From NCBI GenBank assembly GCA_937903035.1, contig CALCZP010000004.1, forward strand, positions 84,465 through 148,464: a stretch of DNA of 64,000 nt. Direction: 5' to 3'. Positions 51,734-61,370 of the stretch are shown here, piece after piece. Each line of letters begins with the position of its first letter. The first letter of the stretch is position 1. This DNA is from an uncultured bacterium (GTDB lineage: Bacteria > Patescibacteriota > Minisyncoccia > Phycocordibacterales > UBA9973). Both the position numbers and the translations under genes were made by a program. The notes beneath the pieces are model-generated. The model saw only the letters and a program-made list of their open reading frames with translations, was not told the origin of the DNA and searched no databases.

Positions 51734-54688
51734 TTATTTGAGTACATCTTTTAGCCCCCAGAACATACTGCTTCCTTTCTCAATCAGGACGTTAATGAGA
51801 TCTTCGACCTTAGCCTTAAACGAAGGATTTTTGTAGATAATTTCTAGAGCTTCTTTAATTTCTCCATCAATACTGAATAAAGGTGCACGTCGATTCGTGT
51901 TCAACTCGTCTTCATTCAACAAATACTGCTTAATGACACCTAAGGTACTTTCAGGATCAATAGTTGCGAATATTTTCAAACGTCGAGTAAGCCCATAATC
52001 CCAATCAATATCACCTTTTGATTTCTCAAGAGTTATTGCAAGATTCTTGATGATGATTTTCTCATCAATTATCTCCTTATCAGGATTCACCCAAAATCCA
52101 AAACCAGAGAAGGCTTTCGGCTCAATCGGAATACCTGTTGAAATAATCCAATTCCAAAACTCTACAAGTTTATCCTTGCTTACATTGTTTTCCTTAAACC
52201 AATCATCGCCAGCCTGACTTCGAGTGATACAACTTCGACCAATAAAGGATACGAATTCGTAATGACGAGCTTCGTTTGGTGTCTTCCAAAATAGTTCAAA
52301 GAGTGGATCAGTAATTTTGAAATCAAAATGAGCATAAGCCAGTGCCAAATGGACAGCCAGTGTCTCATCAAGACCTTTCAAATATTTCCTATCTGGATAA
52401 ATATTTGGATTTAGCTTTATCGCATACTCGTAATAGCCACGAAGTTCATCAAATAACTCCTTGTACAGAGAACTTGCCAGGTATCCTTCCCAAGTAGCAA
52501 AATACAGTTTTTCTTTTCCTGATTCTTTAGGGAATATCTTCGATAGGAGTCCTTTAACAAAAGTAATGTCACGGAAGTAGAATGACGCAAGGAACTGACC
52601 AAGGGTGAATCGAACCGCATTCGATGTTTCTGTATCAAGAACCTGCTCAAACAAAACCTTAACTTCATTTGAAAGTGTCTTGTTGCTTTCGTTGTAAGCA
52701 AATTGGACAAAAGCTCGATACGCCTGTCCTCGAACGGAATTTATCGCAACATGAGCAGGTTCATTGGACTCACGCTTATCATCTTCAACATCAGGACTGC
52801 TCTTAATGGTAAAGAGATATTTGATGATGCTGAATATTTTTGCCTGATTATCTTTGAATGTATTTGAGTCCTTGATGGTTGCAAGTATCTCAAGAAGAAC
52901 ATCCGCTATAGATTTATGGACGGTTATCCAATCAGCAAGATAAACCCGCTCTTCCATTGGCTTAAACTCTTCTTTCTCACCCGATTGTCGAATGAGATCA
53001 AAGAAATTAATAACCTGTATGAATTGCTCATCTGTGAACGATTCCTTTGCCCTCAAACTGTCTTCAACTTGTCGCAGTATTGAGTAAACATAGTTTGGAG
53101 AAATAACACCCCTGTCAAAAAACTTATTAAGGTTTGATAGATAATCAGCCTTTCGAGCTTTAAAGTCTTCCTTAATGGCATCACCTAAGCCTTCGGGACC
53201 ACGAGGACTTAAGAAATCATCATTCTTATACTTTTCCTTCAACACCGCTGGAGATGCGTCAGTTTTCAAATGATCAATGAGAGCATCAATGGTCATTTCT
53301 GATGGATTAAATGGTGTTTTGTGATTCACAATACCTCCCATTCCGCCCATGACAGTAGGATGAGGAGTAATCTGACCATCTTCTAACAACTTTCCGAAGA
53401 TGGACTCAGCCTTTGTAATTTCTTCAGGAGTTAGGTACTTTTTTATATAAGTAAGTATCTCTAAACCGTCACGTTTCCTCCATTTTTCTTTATCAGCATC
53501 GTCTAGTTTTGCTCCGTAGTATTTAATAACATTTTCAACATATTCTCGTTGCTCGGTATCCTTATCTAGAGCGTTAAACCCAGCAATCAACCCCTGGTGA
53601 TATTCAGCTCCTGTATCAATCTCAAAGTAGCGTTCACCAACATTAAACACACGGAACAAGAATTCCTTTATCTCCGACTTAAACGCATCAGGACATCGTG
53701 TAATTGCATATAACTTAAGCCTCCAAGAGGTAAGAGCGTCGGGTAATGTGGCAATATTTTCTAAATAGATGCGACGAACCTCTGCGACATCATCACACTT
53801 ACCGCCAAGAATTATCTCAATGAGAGTTTTTATTGTTGCTATGAAATTCTGAATATCTTCTCGGAAATGAGACCTCTTGTCCGTATCTAATTGTAGTGTG
53901 AATACACTCACATCGAGTAGATAGAATGGCTCTGACTTGTCAAAGACGGTTCCGTCTTTTTCTACACCAATGTCAGTAATTTTTGTAAGGATTTCAGACA
54001 ACAACTTCAAAAACTTTTCCTTATCGGGATTGTTTTGATCAAGAATAAGTTCAAATATTCCAGTCTCGCTTACATCACCGAGATAGAATAACTTATCTGT
54101 TATTGAGAAACGCTCAATGTTGGCAAACTCTTCTTTATCCCTAACCGTAAGTACTACTCTAGCGAGATCGTAGATTGCCTCATAATCCTTTTCTTGAGCA
54201 AACTTCTCAGTCATCTTCTTGTATTCATATCCGGAACGACCAAAACGAGACATGAGTTTCAACCAGTTATCTGAATACATTTTTGGAAGAATCTTCTTTA
54301 TCTGAGCAACTGGCAAAAGACCAGTGATCCAGAAGAACCTGTCGATGACCTCAGGGTTGAAGGTATCTTTTGAAATTGGTGTTGAAAGAATTATCTCAGC
54401 GACTAATTCAGGTAGTTTTTCTGCCATTCGAGTAAGATACTCAAGTTCAGAAAGACGATATCCATATTTACTAGGATCTTCCGACTTCTTTTTTAATTCA
54501 TCAAAAAGACCGTTATCAAAAAACCACTTAAGCCAAGCTTCGTTTGCCTTCGAAAATAGATAGCGCTTTGAGTCTTCATTGCTTTCGATAAAATTTTTTG
54601 CAACTTCAATAGATGCAACTGATGGGCCAGCTGTTACGAATTCGTCTATTTTTTTGTGTATTTGAAGTTGGTTCATAATTTTATACAC
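51734..54688 (-). CDS. large alpha-helical hypothetical protein (984 aa)
   Basis: Uninterrupted ORF with amphipathic-helix patterning; no Walker A or TM seen; start overlaps or abuts the CHAT gene stop. Confidence 0.8.
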   Translation of the reverse strand: MYKIMNQLQIHKKIDEFVTAGPSVASIEVAKNFIESNEDSKRYLFSKANEAWLKWFFDNGLFDELKKKSEDPSKYGYRLSELEYLTRMAEKLPELVAEIILSTPISKDTFNPEVIDRFFWITGLLPVAQIKKILPKMYSDNWLKLMSRFGRSGYEYKKMTEKFAQEKDYEAIYDLARVVLTVRDKEEFANIERFSITDKLFYLGDVSETGIFELILDQNNPDKEKFLKLLSEILTKITDIGVEKDGTVFDKSEPFYLLDVSVFTLQLDTDKRSHFREDIQNFIATIKTLIEIILGGKCDDVAEVRRIYLENIATLPDALTSWRLKLYAITRCPDAFKSEIKEFLFRVFNVGERYFEIDTGAEYHQGLIAGFNALDKDTEQREYVENVIKYYGAKLDDADKEKWRKRDGLEILTYIKKYLTPEEITKAESIFGKLLEDGQITPHPTVMGGMGGIVNHKTPFNPSEMTIDALIDHLKTDASPAVLKEKYKNDDFLSPRGPEGLGDAIKEDFKARKADYLSNLNKFFDRGVISPNYVYSILRQVEDSLRAKESFTDEQFIQVINFFDLIRQSGEKEEFKPMEERVYLADWITVHKSIADVLLEILATIKDSNTFKDNQAKIFSIIKYLFTIKSSPDVEDDKRESNEPAHVAINSVRGQAYRAFVQFAYNESNKTLSNEVKVLFEQVLDTETSNAVRFTLGQFLASFYFRDITFVKGLLSKIFPKESGKEKLYFATWEGYLASSLYKELFDELRGYYEYAIKLNPNIYPDRKYLKGLDETLAVHLALAYAHFDFKITDPLFELFWKTPNEARHYEFVSFIGRSCITRSQAGDDWFKENNVSKDKLVEFWNWIISTGIPIEPKAFSGFGFWVNPDKEIIDEKIIIKNLAITLEKSKGDIDWDYGLTRRLKIFATIDPESTLGVIKQYLLNEDELNTNRRAPLFSIDGEIKEALEIIYKNPSFKAKVEDLINVLIEKGSSMFWGLKDVLK

Positions 54689-55718
54689 ATGAATATAGAA
54701 GTGGAATATACTCTCTCTTCTTCGGGCCTGAATAATATGATCCTAAAGATGTTTTATATACCTCCTCAATTTCTTTCCCAGTCGTAAGATTTTTATAGAA
54801 TAGTTCTGTAAATTCTTTTGCAGAAAGTTCACCAACAGGATCTCGATACGCGATTACATAACGCGAACAACCAGATTTGATTATTTTAAAAGCAAGACTC
54901 TCTTTGTTTAAAATTCCACCCCCAGAATAGCAAAGTGACAGAAAAATTAATTTTTGATTACTATCCTTTATAAGTTCAACAAAATCATCTGGGGAAAATT
55001 TTTTTGTCTCTTTATATTTTGTATGGTCGTCATCTTCCAAACAAAGATTTCCATCCTGATCACCGTGCATAACAATATGAACCAGCGAATAATCCTTCCA
55101 AGAAACACCCTTAATCGACTCAGTAGTTGTGTGTTTTAATAGTAAAATACTATCAACTCGAAAATATTGCTGATTATTTTCAATAAGAAAATGTAAAGAG
55201 TTGTATATAGATTTAATCTCATCATCCATGACTGCCTTCAAGTCAGATCCCACACCTTCATGGGCATGAGACATAAGCATTACAAGATTATTGTCTTCTT
55301 TTACTTGGGGCTCTCTAACTGGGGTAGAAACTTTTCTTACTATATATAAATTATTATCTTTGAGATTTTCCCATGGAAGCTCGAGAAATACAGAAAAATC
55401 AGATCTGATTGTTAGCTGATCATCTTCTAAATTTTCAGCAATTTTAATTTCCTTATTTACGAATTCTAAAACCTTCTGAAGGTCTGGTCCTTGTTTCGAG
55501 AAAACAGGATTAATATCTGAACTTTTACCTATACCAATTTCTGGTGTTACAACTGTTGTTACGTCTTTGTTTCTTAAATACTCACTATGAAAATCATCGA
55601 ACGATATTAATACAAACTGACCGTTAGATTTATTGGTTTTAACACTTAAATACAAACCTCCTTTTATTGATTCTTTTTCGCCATCTTTAACTTGTTTAAG
55701 TTCGCAATAGATTTCCAT
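54681..55718 (-). CDS. CHAT-domain (caspase-like, clan CD) protease
   Basis: LELPWENL, VHIVMHG (catalytic His), LIFLSLCYSG (catalytic Cys), VIAY..PV....A.EF...FY..L. Confidence 0.85.
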   Translation of the reverse strand: MEIYCELKQVKDGEKESIKGGLYLSVKTNKSNGQFVLISFDDFHSEYLRNKDVTTVVTPEIGIGKSSDINPVFSKQGPDLQKVLEFVNKEIKIAENLEDDQLTIRSDFSVFLELPWENLKDNNLYIVRKVSTPVREPQVKEDNNLVMLMSHAHEGVGSDLKAVMDDEIKSIYNSLHFLIENNQQYFRVDSILLLKHTTTESIKGVSWKDYSLVHIVMHGDQDGNLCLEDDDHTKYKETKKFSPDDFVELIKDSNQKLIFLSLCYSGGGILNKESLAFKIIKSGCSRYVIAYRDPVGELSAKEFTELFYKNLTTGKEIEEVYKTSLGSYYSGPKKREYIPLLYSCV

Positions 55719-55739
55719 AATTTACTAATAATTCAACGC

Positions 55740-56264
55740 CTAAGAAACAGAGGGTAATCCTAGTCGGTTCAGAGTTATTGCCTCGAAGAAATAATCACAA
55801 TCCACCTCTTTAATATAAGCGAGCACATCTTTATACGCTGGTGCCTGAAACCACTCACTTAGAATATAGATATATTCAACTTTAACGCCTAGAGAATTGA
55901 GAAGTTTTTCATACTGTCGTTTTTTGAAATGACATGTCTGTAATTTTTCATCAACAGACCCTGCAACATTTTGAAATTTGATTTCAATTACATAAAAAGA
56001 ATTGGTTGCCAATACAAAAATAGCATCATCGGGAAGGAGTTTTTTGGAAAGTATTTCCTTATGATTTACACCTTTCTCCTCTAAAAATTTATATAGACGA
56101 TTTTTCCGAAGATTAAGAGCGACTTTTTCTCCTTTAAAAAGAATCGAGCCATCTTCATGCACCTCATAACCAGGCACAGTTTTAAGCACTTCAAGAAAAT
56201 CCACTTTGCCCTCAAAGTGAAGTCCTGATTTTGTATTTGCTCCTCCTACGCCACCAATTTTCAT
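55740..56264 (-). CDS. PD-(D/E)XK endonuclease, probable type II restriction enzyme
   Basis: LLPDDA...VIEIKFQ..GSVDEKLQ; adjacent to two methyltransferases. Confidence 0.8.
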   Translation of the reverse strand: MKIGGVGGANTKSGLHFEGKVDFLEVLKTVPGYEVHEDGSILFKGEKVALNLRKNRLYKFLEEKGVNHKEILSKKLLPDDAIFVLATNSFYVIEIKFQNVAGSVDEKLQTCHFKKRQYEKLLNSLGVKVEYIYILSEWFQAPAYKDVLAYIKEVDCDYFFEAITLNRLGLPSVS

Positions 56265-56334
56265 ATAACGTGATTATCTCACAAAAACGCCCTTAAATCT
56301 AGGATATAAAGGTAAAAAATGATAAAATGAAATT

Positions 56335-57252
56335 GTGAAGACAGATAACGTAAAAAAAGCAAAACCATTTCTAAAATGGGTCGGTGGCAAGGGTCAATTA
56401 TTGACTCAATTTCAGAGTCTCTTTCCTAAAAAATACAACTCGTATTTCGAACCATTTATTGGTGGAGGTGCTGTCTTTTTTTCTATCAACCCACAAAAAG
56501 CACACATAAACGATATAAACAAAACACTAGTTCAGACCTACACGCATATTAAGAATGATGTAGAGAAATTAATAAAATCTCTTGCAAAACTTGAAAAAGA
56601 ATTCCTTGCAAAAGACACTGAGGCACGAAAAGAATTCTATTACTCGATACGAGAAAAATACAACTCTTTATCTCACGAGGATTTCAAGAAAAGTCTCTAC
56701 TTCTTATTCTTTAACAAGACTGCGTTTAATGGTGTCTACCGAGAAAATTCAAAAGGTGGATTCAATGTGCCGATGGGTAGCTATAAAAATCCTAAAATCG
56801 TAGATGAGGAAAATCTTAGAGAGGTTTCCAAAATGCTTTCAAACACCAAAATAACAAGTGGTTCATTTGTTGATGCTGTAAAGAATGCAAAGGCTGGTGA
56901 TTTTGTTTACTTCGACCCTCCATACCACCCACTTTCCGAGACATCTAGTTTTACAAGTTATAGCAAGGATTCTTTTTCTAAAGATGATCAGATAAAGCTC
57001 CGAGATTTATTTGTAGAACTCGACAAGAGAGGTGTATACGTAATGCTCAGTAACTCAAGTGCGCCTTTTATTCAAGAAATATACTCTGGATACAAACAGA
57101 TTCCTGTTTATGCTAGTCGAATGATCAACTCAAAAGCAGATAAGCGCGGAAAGATATCAGAAGTCGTAATAATTAATTACGATCCGCAATCAAATCTTCA
57201 AAGCGTTTTTGAGAAAGATTTAAGTATTTCTTCTCAGTATCAATACCTATAA
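56335..57252 (+). CDS. Dam/DpnM-family adenine methyltransferase (alpha class)
   Basis: KPFLKWVGGK, EPFIGGGAV, FNGVYREN..G.FNVP.G, YFDPPY, MLSNS. Confidence 0.93.
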   Translation: MKTDNVKKAKPFLKWVGGKGQLLTQFQSLFPKKYNSYFEPFIGGGAVFFSINPQKAHINDINKTLVQTYTHIKNDVEKLIKSLAKLEKEFLAKDTEARKEFYYSIREKYNSLSHEDFKKSLYFLFFNKTAFNGVYRENSKGGFNVPMGSYKNPKIVDEENLREVSKMLSNTKITSGSFVDAVKNAKAGDFVYFDPPYHPLSETSSFTSYSKDSFSKDDQIKLRDLFVELDKRGVYVMLSNSSAPFIQEIYSGYKQIPVYASRMINSKADKRGKISEVVIINYDPQSNLQSVFEKDLSISSQYQYL

Positions 57253-57994
57253 ATCTTCGTCCGTGTTTCTTCGCGGCGATTCCTGTAGTTGAGCTTCCTG
57301 TAAAAGGGTCGAGAACTATGTCTCCCTTATTTGTACTAGCGAGTACGATTCGCTCAAGAAGTGAAAGTGGTTTTTGCGTTGGATGTTTGGTGAACTTCTT
57401 CTCTTCTTTCTTTGGTGGGTTAACTGCCCAAACCGAACGCATTTGTAAGTTCGGCTTCTTTATAAAATCTTCTGGCCACTCGCCATTTTTCATTAGTTCA
57501 TAATTGAAAGTGTGTTTTGCTTTCTTATGTTTTCTAGCCCAAAGAATTGTTTCGTGACTTGCTGTAAAAAATCGACAACTTAGATTTGGAGATGCGTTCG
57601 GTTTGAACCAAGTAATATCATTCAAAACATGGAAACCAATTGACTGAATAGCATGGCCACATTGATAGATAGAATGATAGGTACCACTAACCCAAATGGT
57701 GCCATGGGGTTTTAAAACACGATAACAAGCTTCTAGCCATCTTTTATGAAAGGCATAGTCAGCATCGAAGCCTTTGCTTTTATCCCAATCACCTTTGTTA
57801 ACGCTTACCATTTTCCCTGCGTGCACAGTAAAACCTCCATTTGAGAGCATATATGGAGGATCTGCAAAAATCATATCGATTGAGTTTTCTGGGAGAGTAT
57901 TTAAAAGCTCTATTGAATCAGCCAAATAGAGCACAAAATCCTTGTGCATAAAATACGGTTTTTGTTTTATTGAAGCTAAAATCTTTTTTGCCAT
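57173..57994 (-). CDS. DpnA-like beta-class DNA methyltransferase
   Basis: IFADPPY.LSNGG, SVNKGDWD, SGTYHSI, HPTQKP, DPFTGSSTT. Confidence 0.9.
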   Translation of the reverse strand: MAKKILASIKQKPYFMHKDFVLYLADSIELLNTLPENSIDMIFADPPYMLSNGGFTVHAGKMVSVNKGDWDKSKGFDADYAFHKRWLEACYRVLKPHGTIWVSGTYHSIYQCGHAIQSIGFHVLNDITWFKPNASPNLSCRFFTASHETILWARKHKKAKHTFNYELMKNGEWPEDFIKKPNLQMRSVWAVNPPKKEEKKFTKHPTQKPLSLLERIVLASTNKGDIVLDPFTGSSTTGIAAKKHGRRFIGIDTEKKYLNLSQKRFEDLIADRN

Positions 57995-58117
57995 TTATAA
58001 GTACATTTTAGCTTAAAAGACATAAAACCTGAATAAAATTTACCTAAACTTACCTACAGTTTATCTACTTCGGACGCTCTAGACTCCTAAGAGGTTCAGC
58101 GTCATCAATGTGTTTGT

Positions 58118-59443
58118 ATGAAAATACAAAATCCGCTACAAGTGACGCCTGACGAGGTTGAGGCAAAACAACCGATTAAGTACTGCTTATATGCTCGTAA
58201 ATCAACCGAACAAGAAGATAAGCAGGCATTATCAATTGAATCGCAAGTCAGAGAGATGCAGGCTCTGGCTGAGCGAGAGAAACTGAACGTGGTCGAAATT
58301 AAGCGAGAAGCACACTCCTCTAAAGAAGTCGGACAGAGGCCTGTATACAATGAACTTCTCGCTGAAATCAAACAAGGAAAGTTTAATGGGATACTAACAT
58401 GGGCACCAGACCGCTTATCGAGAAATGCCGGTGACTTGGGAGCGGTAGTAGACCTGATGGATCAGAAGCTTCTTCTAGAGATCCGCACCTATGGACAGAA
58501 ATTTACAAACAATCCAAATGAAAAGTTCCTCCTCATGATTCTCGGATCACAGGCAAAGCTTGAGAATGACAACAAGATGGTGAATGTGAAGCGAGGACTC
58601 AGAGCAAGGTGTGAGATGGGCTTATGGCCATCAGTACCTCCAACAGGATACTTGAGCAATCCTGATAGAAATAGAAAATGTGAAGTAATAACCGATCCAG
58701 CAAGAGGTCACATTATCAGGCAAATGTTCGAGAAAGTGGCATATGATGGCTGGTCAGGACGAAAGCTGTATAAATGGATGGCACATGACCTCAAATTTAA
58801 AACAAAGAATGGCAAACCATTAACATTGAGCAATATTTACATAATTCTCAAAAACACTTTCTACTACGGAGAATTTGAATACCCAAAAGCAAGTGGACAA
58901 TGGTATGTCGGAAAGCATGAACCTGTGATAACCAAAGACTTGTACCTACAGGTTCAAGATAAAATTACATCGGATTCAGTAATACATGCACAAGACAAGG
59001 AGTTTGCATTCACAAAGATGATGACATGTGGATTGTGTGGATCGGGAGTGACGGCAGACGAGAAATTTAAGAAACTCAAAGATGGTACAACGGCACGATA
59101 CGTGTACTACGGATGCACGAGATTTAGGGATAAAGATTGTCCGTGCGGATACATACGAGAAGAAGACCTGATTGAACAACTCGCAAATATACTGGATACC
59201 GTGTCACTGAACGAGATTGGGATGAAAGACAAGATCAAATCAGAGATTGAAGCACATACAGAATTTCAAGAATCAGTACTTGGAAAAGCAGTTAAAGAGA
59301 AGATAAAGATTAAGGAGGTCGATATACGAAACTTCGCCAAGCATATCTTAAGAAAGAGACCGATCTACGAAAAGAGAGAGCTATTAAGCAATCTGAGAAG
59401 CAAGTTGGTGTTAAAAGACAAACAGATAAGCATGATGAATTAG
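58118..59443 (+). CDS. large serine recombinase (resolvase + recombinase + Zn ribbon)
   Basis: YARKS catalytic Ser, RP...L, DRLSRN, P.GY, FYYG, HEPVI, CGLCG...YYGC...C. Confidence 0.93.
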   Translation: MKIQNPLQVTPDEVEAKQPIKYCLYARKSTEQEDKQALSIESQVREMQALAEREKLNVVEIKREAHSSKEVGQRPVYNELLAEIKQGKFNGILTWAPDRLSRNAGDLGAVVDLMDQKLLLEIRTYGQKFTNNPNEKFLLMILGSQAKLENDNKMVNVKRGLRARCEMGLWPSVPPTGYLSNPDRNRKCEVITDPARGHIIRQMFEKVAYDGWSGRKLYKWMAHDLKFKTKNGKPLTLSNIYIILKNTFYYGEFEYPKASGQWYVGKHEPVITKDLYLQVQDKITSDSVIHAQDKEFAFTKMMTCGLCGSGVTADEKFKKLKDGTTARYVYYGCTRFRDKDCPCGYIREEDLIEQLANILDTVSLNEIGMKDKIKSEIEAHTEFQESVLGKAVKEKIKIKEVDIRNFAKHILRKRPIYEKRELLSNLRSKLVLKDKQISMMN

Positions 59444-59449
59444 GCAAAC

Positions 59450-59479
59450 AAAAAACCACCCGAAGGGGTGATTTTTTGT
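59450..59479. terminator. terminator after the recombinase
   Basis: aaaaaaccacc-cgaag-ggtgatttttt-type hairpin with T-tracts on both strands. Confidence 0.6.
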
Positions 59480-59618
59480 TCTGGATACTGCGCTCAGCAG
59501 GTATGCAATTTACGGAATAGTATCGTGTGTTTTACCTTAGTTCGAGCCCATGACTGGTGCTCAGAACTTTTATTCCTAAACGGCGATTTTAGCCGTCTAG
59601 GTAGGTCTCACATGACTG

Positions 59619-59689
59619 CTGCCGAACCTGGACTCGAACCAAGATAAACGGTACCAGAAACCGTTGTCCTACCATTAGACGATTCGGCA
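59619..59689 (-). tRNA. tRNA-Gln(CTG), CCA not encoded
   Basis: TGCCGAATCGTCTAATGGTAGGACAACGGTTTCTGGTACCGTTTATCTTGGTTCGAGTCCAGGTTCGGCAG folds as a cloverleaf with anticodon CTG. Confidence 0.93.
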
Positions 59690-59750
59690 ATATTGATCGT
59701 CTTGCGCCTCACTATACCTAAAAACCACCTTTTTTTCAAGGTGGTTTTAT

Positions 59751-60674
59751 CTAGACTTTGAGATATCGACGAACTGCAAGGAAGCTTGAGATCACCCCAA
59801 GGAGCATACCCGCAAAGAGTACCCCAAATCCAACAGTCAAAAAATGTGTCAGGTAATAGCTATAAATATTGATACCGAGCGCATCAGTGGCACGATGCCC
59901 TAGGAAGTAGGTTACCGGCAGGAATATGATGAGCATCACAATCCATGCAAAGAATCCATAGAGCATTCCCTCCACCAAAAACGGCGAACGAATATAAGTA
60001 CCTGACGCACCCACAAGTCGCATAATACCGATCTCCTCTCGTGCCATATAGATCGTCAGACGAATGGTCGTGTACATAATGATGATTGCAACAATAGAGA
60101 GTACCATTGTTACAAAAAATCCAACTTTCTGTGCATCATCAATGAGGCGATTGAGGCGGTCAATCACTGCTTTGTTTTGTGAGTAGTTGATACGCTCAAT
60201 GATCTGCGCATTCTCCCGAGCAATCTTACTGTCGCCCTCGAGTACCTGCGAGATTGCTTCGTACTGCGTTGAATCTTTTGCCTTGATACGAAGTGACCCA
60301 CCGAATGGATTGTCGCCCAGCTCATCGAGTGCTTGAAGTGTCAAATAGTCATCAGCATGACGCTGACGAAATGCGAGCACTTCATTGTCTGCAGAGCTAT
60401 ACTCCACGGTCGCAACCTCAGGAAGACTCTCAAGGGTAGTTTCAAGTGCAAGAATGCGCTCCTCAGATGCATCAACACTAAAGTATACTGCGATGTCGAC
60501 TTGGTTTTTGAGGCGAACAATCGATGAGTCAAGTACTGCCTGAAAAAGGAAGAGCGCAGTGAGTACTGAAAGAACAATTGTGGTGACCAAAATAGACGCA
60601 GATGATACCAATCCGTTACGACGAAAATTGATCCACCCACTCTTGACTACTCGTTTTACTCTAACCCAAAACAT
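59751..60674 (-). CDS. ftsX: cell division permease FtsX
   Basis: Four TM segments, NPF, TIRLTIY.AREEI.IMRLVGAS..YIRSPFLVEG. Confidence 0.92.
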   Translation of the reverse strand: MFWVRVKRVVKSGWINFRRNGLVSSASILVTTIVLSVLTALFLFQAVLDSSIVRLKNQVDIAVYFSVDASEERILALETTLESLPEVATVEYSSADNEVLAFRQRHADDYLTLQALDELGDNPFGGSLRIKAKDSTQYEAISQVLEGDSKIARENAQIIERINYSQNKAVIDRLNRLIDDAQKVGFFVTMVLSIVAIIIMYTTIRLTIYMAREEIGIMRLVGASGTYIRSPFLVEGMLYGFFAWIVMLIIFLPVTYFLGHRATDALGINIYSYYLTHFLTVGFGVLFAGMLLGVISSFLAVRRYLKV

Positions 60675-60684
60675 ATACTATATA

Positions 60685-61362
60685 TTATACTGTCTTTCGC
60701 TTTGTTTCGTCACTCACCACACGACCGTTCTCCATGGTGATAATACGACGACCTACTGCCTTGATCAGTGCAGGATCATGTGTAGTCAGGATCACCGTAG
60801 TACCAAGGTCATTGATCTTTTTTAAGATATGTATCACTTCTTTTGTATTTGCTTCATCAAGGTTTCCTGTCGGCTCATCCGCAATGAGGACTTCTGGCTG
60901 GTTAATGATGGCACGAGCAATTGCAAGTCGCTGTTTCTCACCTCCTGAGAGTTGGCTTGGAAAATGAAACATGCGGTTCTGGAGATCTACCAGCTGTAGC
61001 ACGTGTGGCACATCAGATACAATTTCCTCGTCACTTTTGCCTGCCGCCTCCATCGCAAATGCAATATTTTCATAGGCAGTCTTGGTGCCGAGCAAACGAA
61101 ATTCTTGAAAGACGGTACCAATACGACGACGAAGATTCATGAGCTGTGCAGTAGAGAGACTATGAATATCTACGTTTTCAAAAAGGACTGTACCTTCAGT
61201 TGTCTCTTCTTCTTGCATGAGAAGCTTGGTGAGTGTTGTCTTCCCAGCACCAGACGGACCAACAATAGTTACAAATTCACCTGTTTGAATCTCAAGATTA
61301 ACGTTCTCAAGAGCGATAGCACCGTTTGGATAGGCTTTTGAAGCGTTGACGAATTTGATCAT
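60685..61362 (-). CDS. ftsE: cell division ATP-binding protein FtsE
   Basis: GPSGAGKTT, LRRRIGTVFQ, LSGGEKQR, ADEPTGNLD; upstream of ftsX. Confidence 0.92.
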   Translation of the reverse strand: MIKFVNASKAYPNGAIALENVNLEIQTGEFVTIVGPSGAGKTTLTKLLMQEEETTEGTVLFENVDIHSLSTAQLMNLRRRIGTVFQEFRLLGTKTAYENIAFAMEAAGKSDEEIVSDVPHVLQLVDLQNRMFHFPSQLSGGEKQRLAIARAIINQPEVLIADEPTGNLDEANTKEVIHILKKINDLGTTVILTTHDPALIKAVGRRIITMENGRVVSDETKRKTV

Positions 61363-61370
61363 AGGAGCCT

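Larger units (their letters stand above)
40530..59610. mobile_element. about 19-kb serine-recombinase genomic island adjacent to tRNA-Gln (boundaries approximate)
   Basis: Large serine recombinase at the right end beside a tRNA; phage-like, defence and metal-resistance cargo; visibly more AT-rich than flanks; no att repeat identified. Confidence 0.75.

Noticed and set aside
51734-54688. STAND/NACHT ATPase or gasdermin call for the CHAT partner
   Set aside because: No Walker A motif found; size and helical pattern do not fit a beta-rich gasdermin
40530-59610. Complete prophage
   Set aside because: No portal, capsid, tail, lysis or replication genes; only a terminase-like module
40715-59611. 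GTGAGACC (40715-40722) and GGTCTCAC (59604-59611) as terminal inverted repeats of the island
   Set aside because: Only 8 bp, does not extend, and the left copy belongs to the GAGAC cluster; no tRNA-Gln 3' duplication found at the left end
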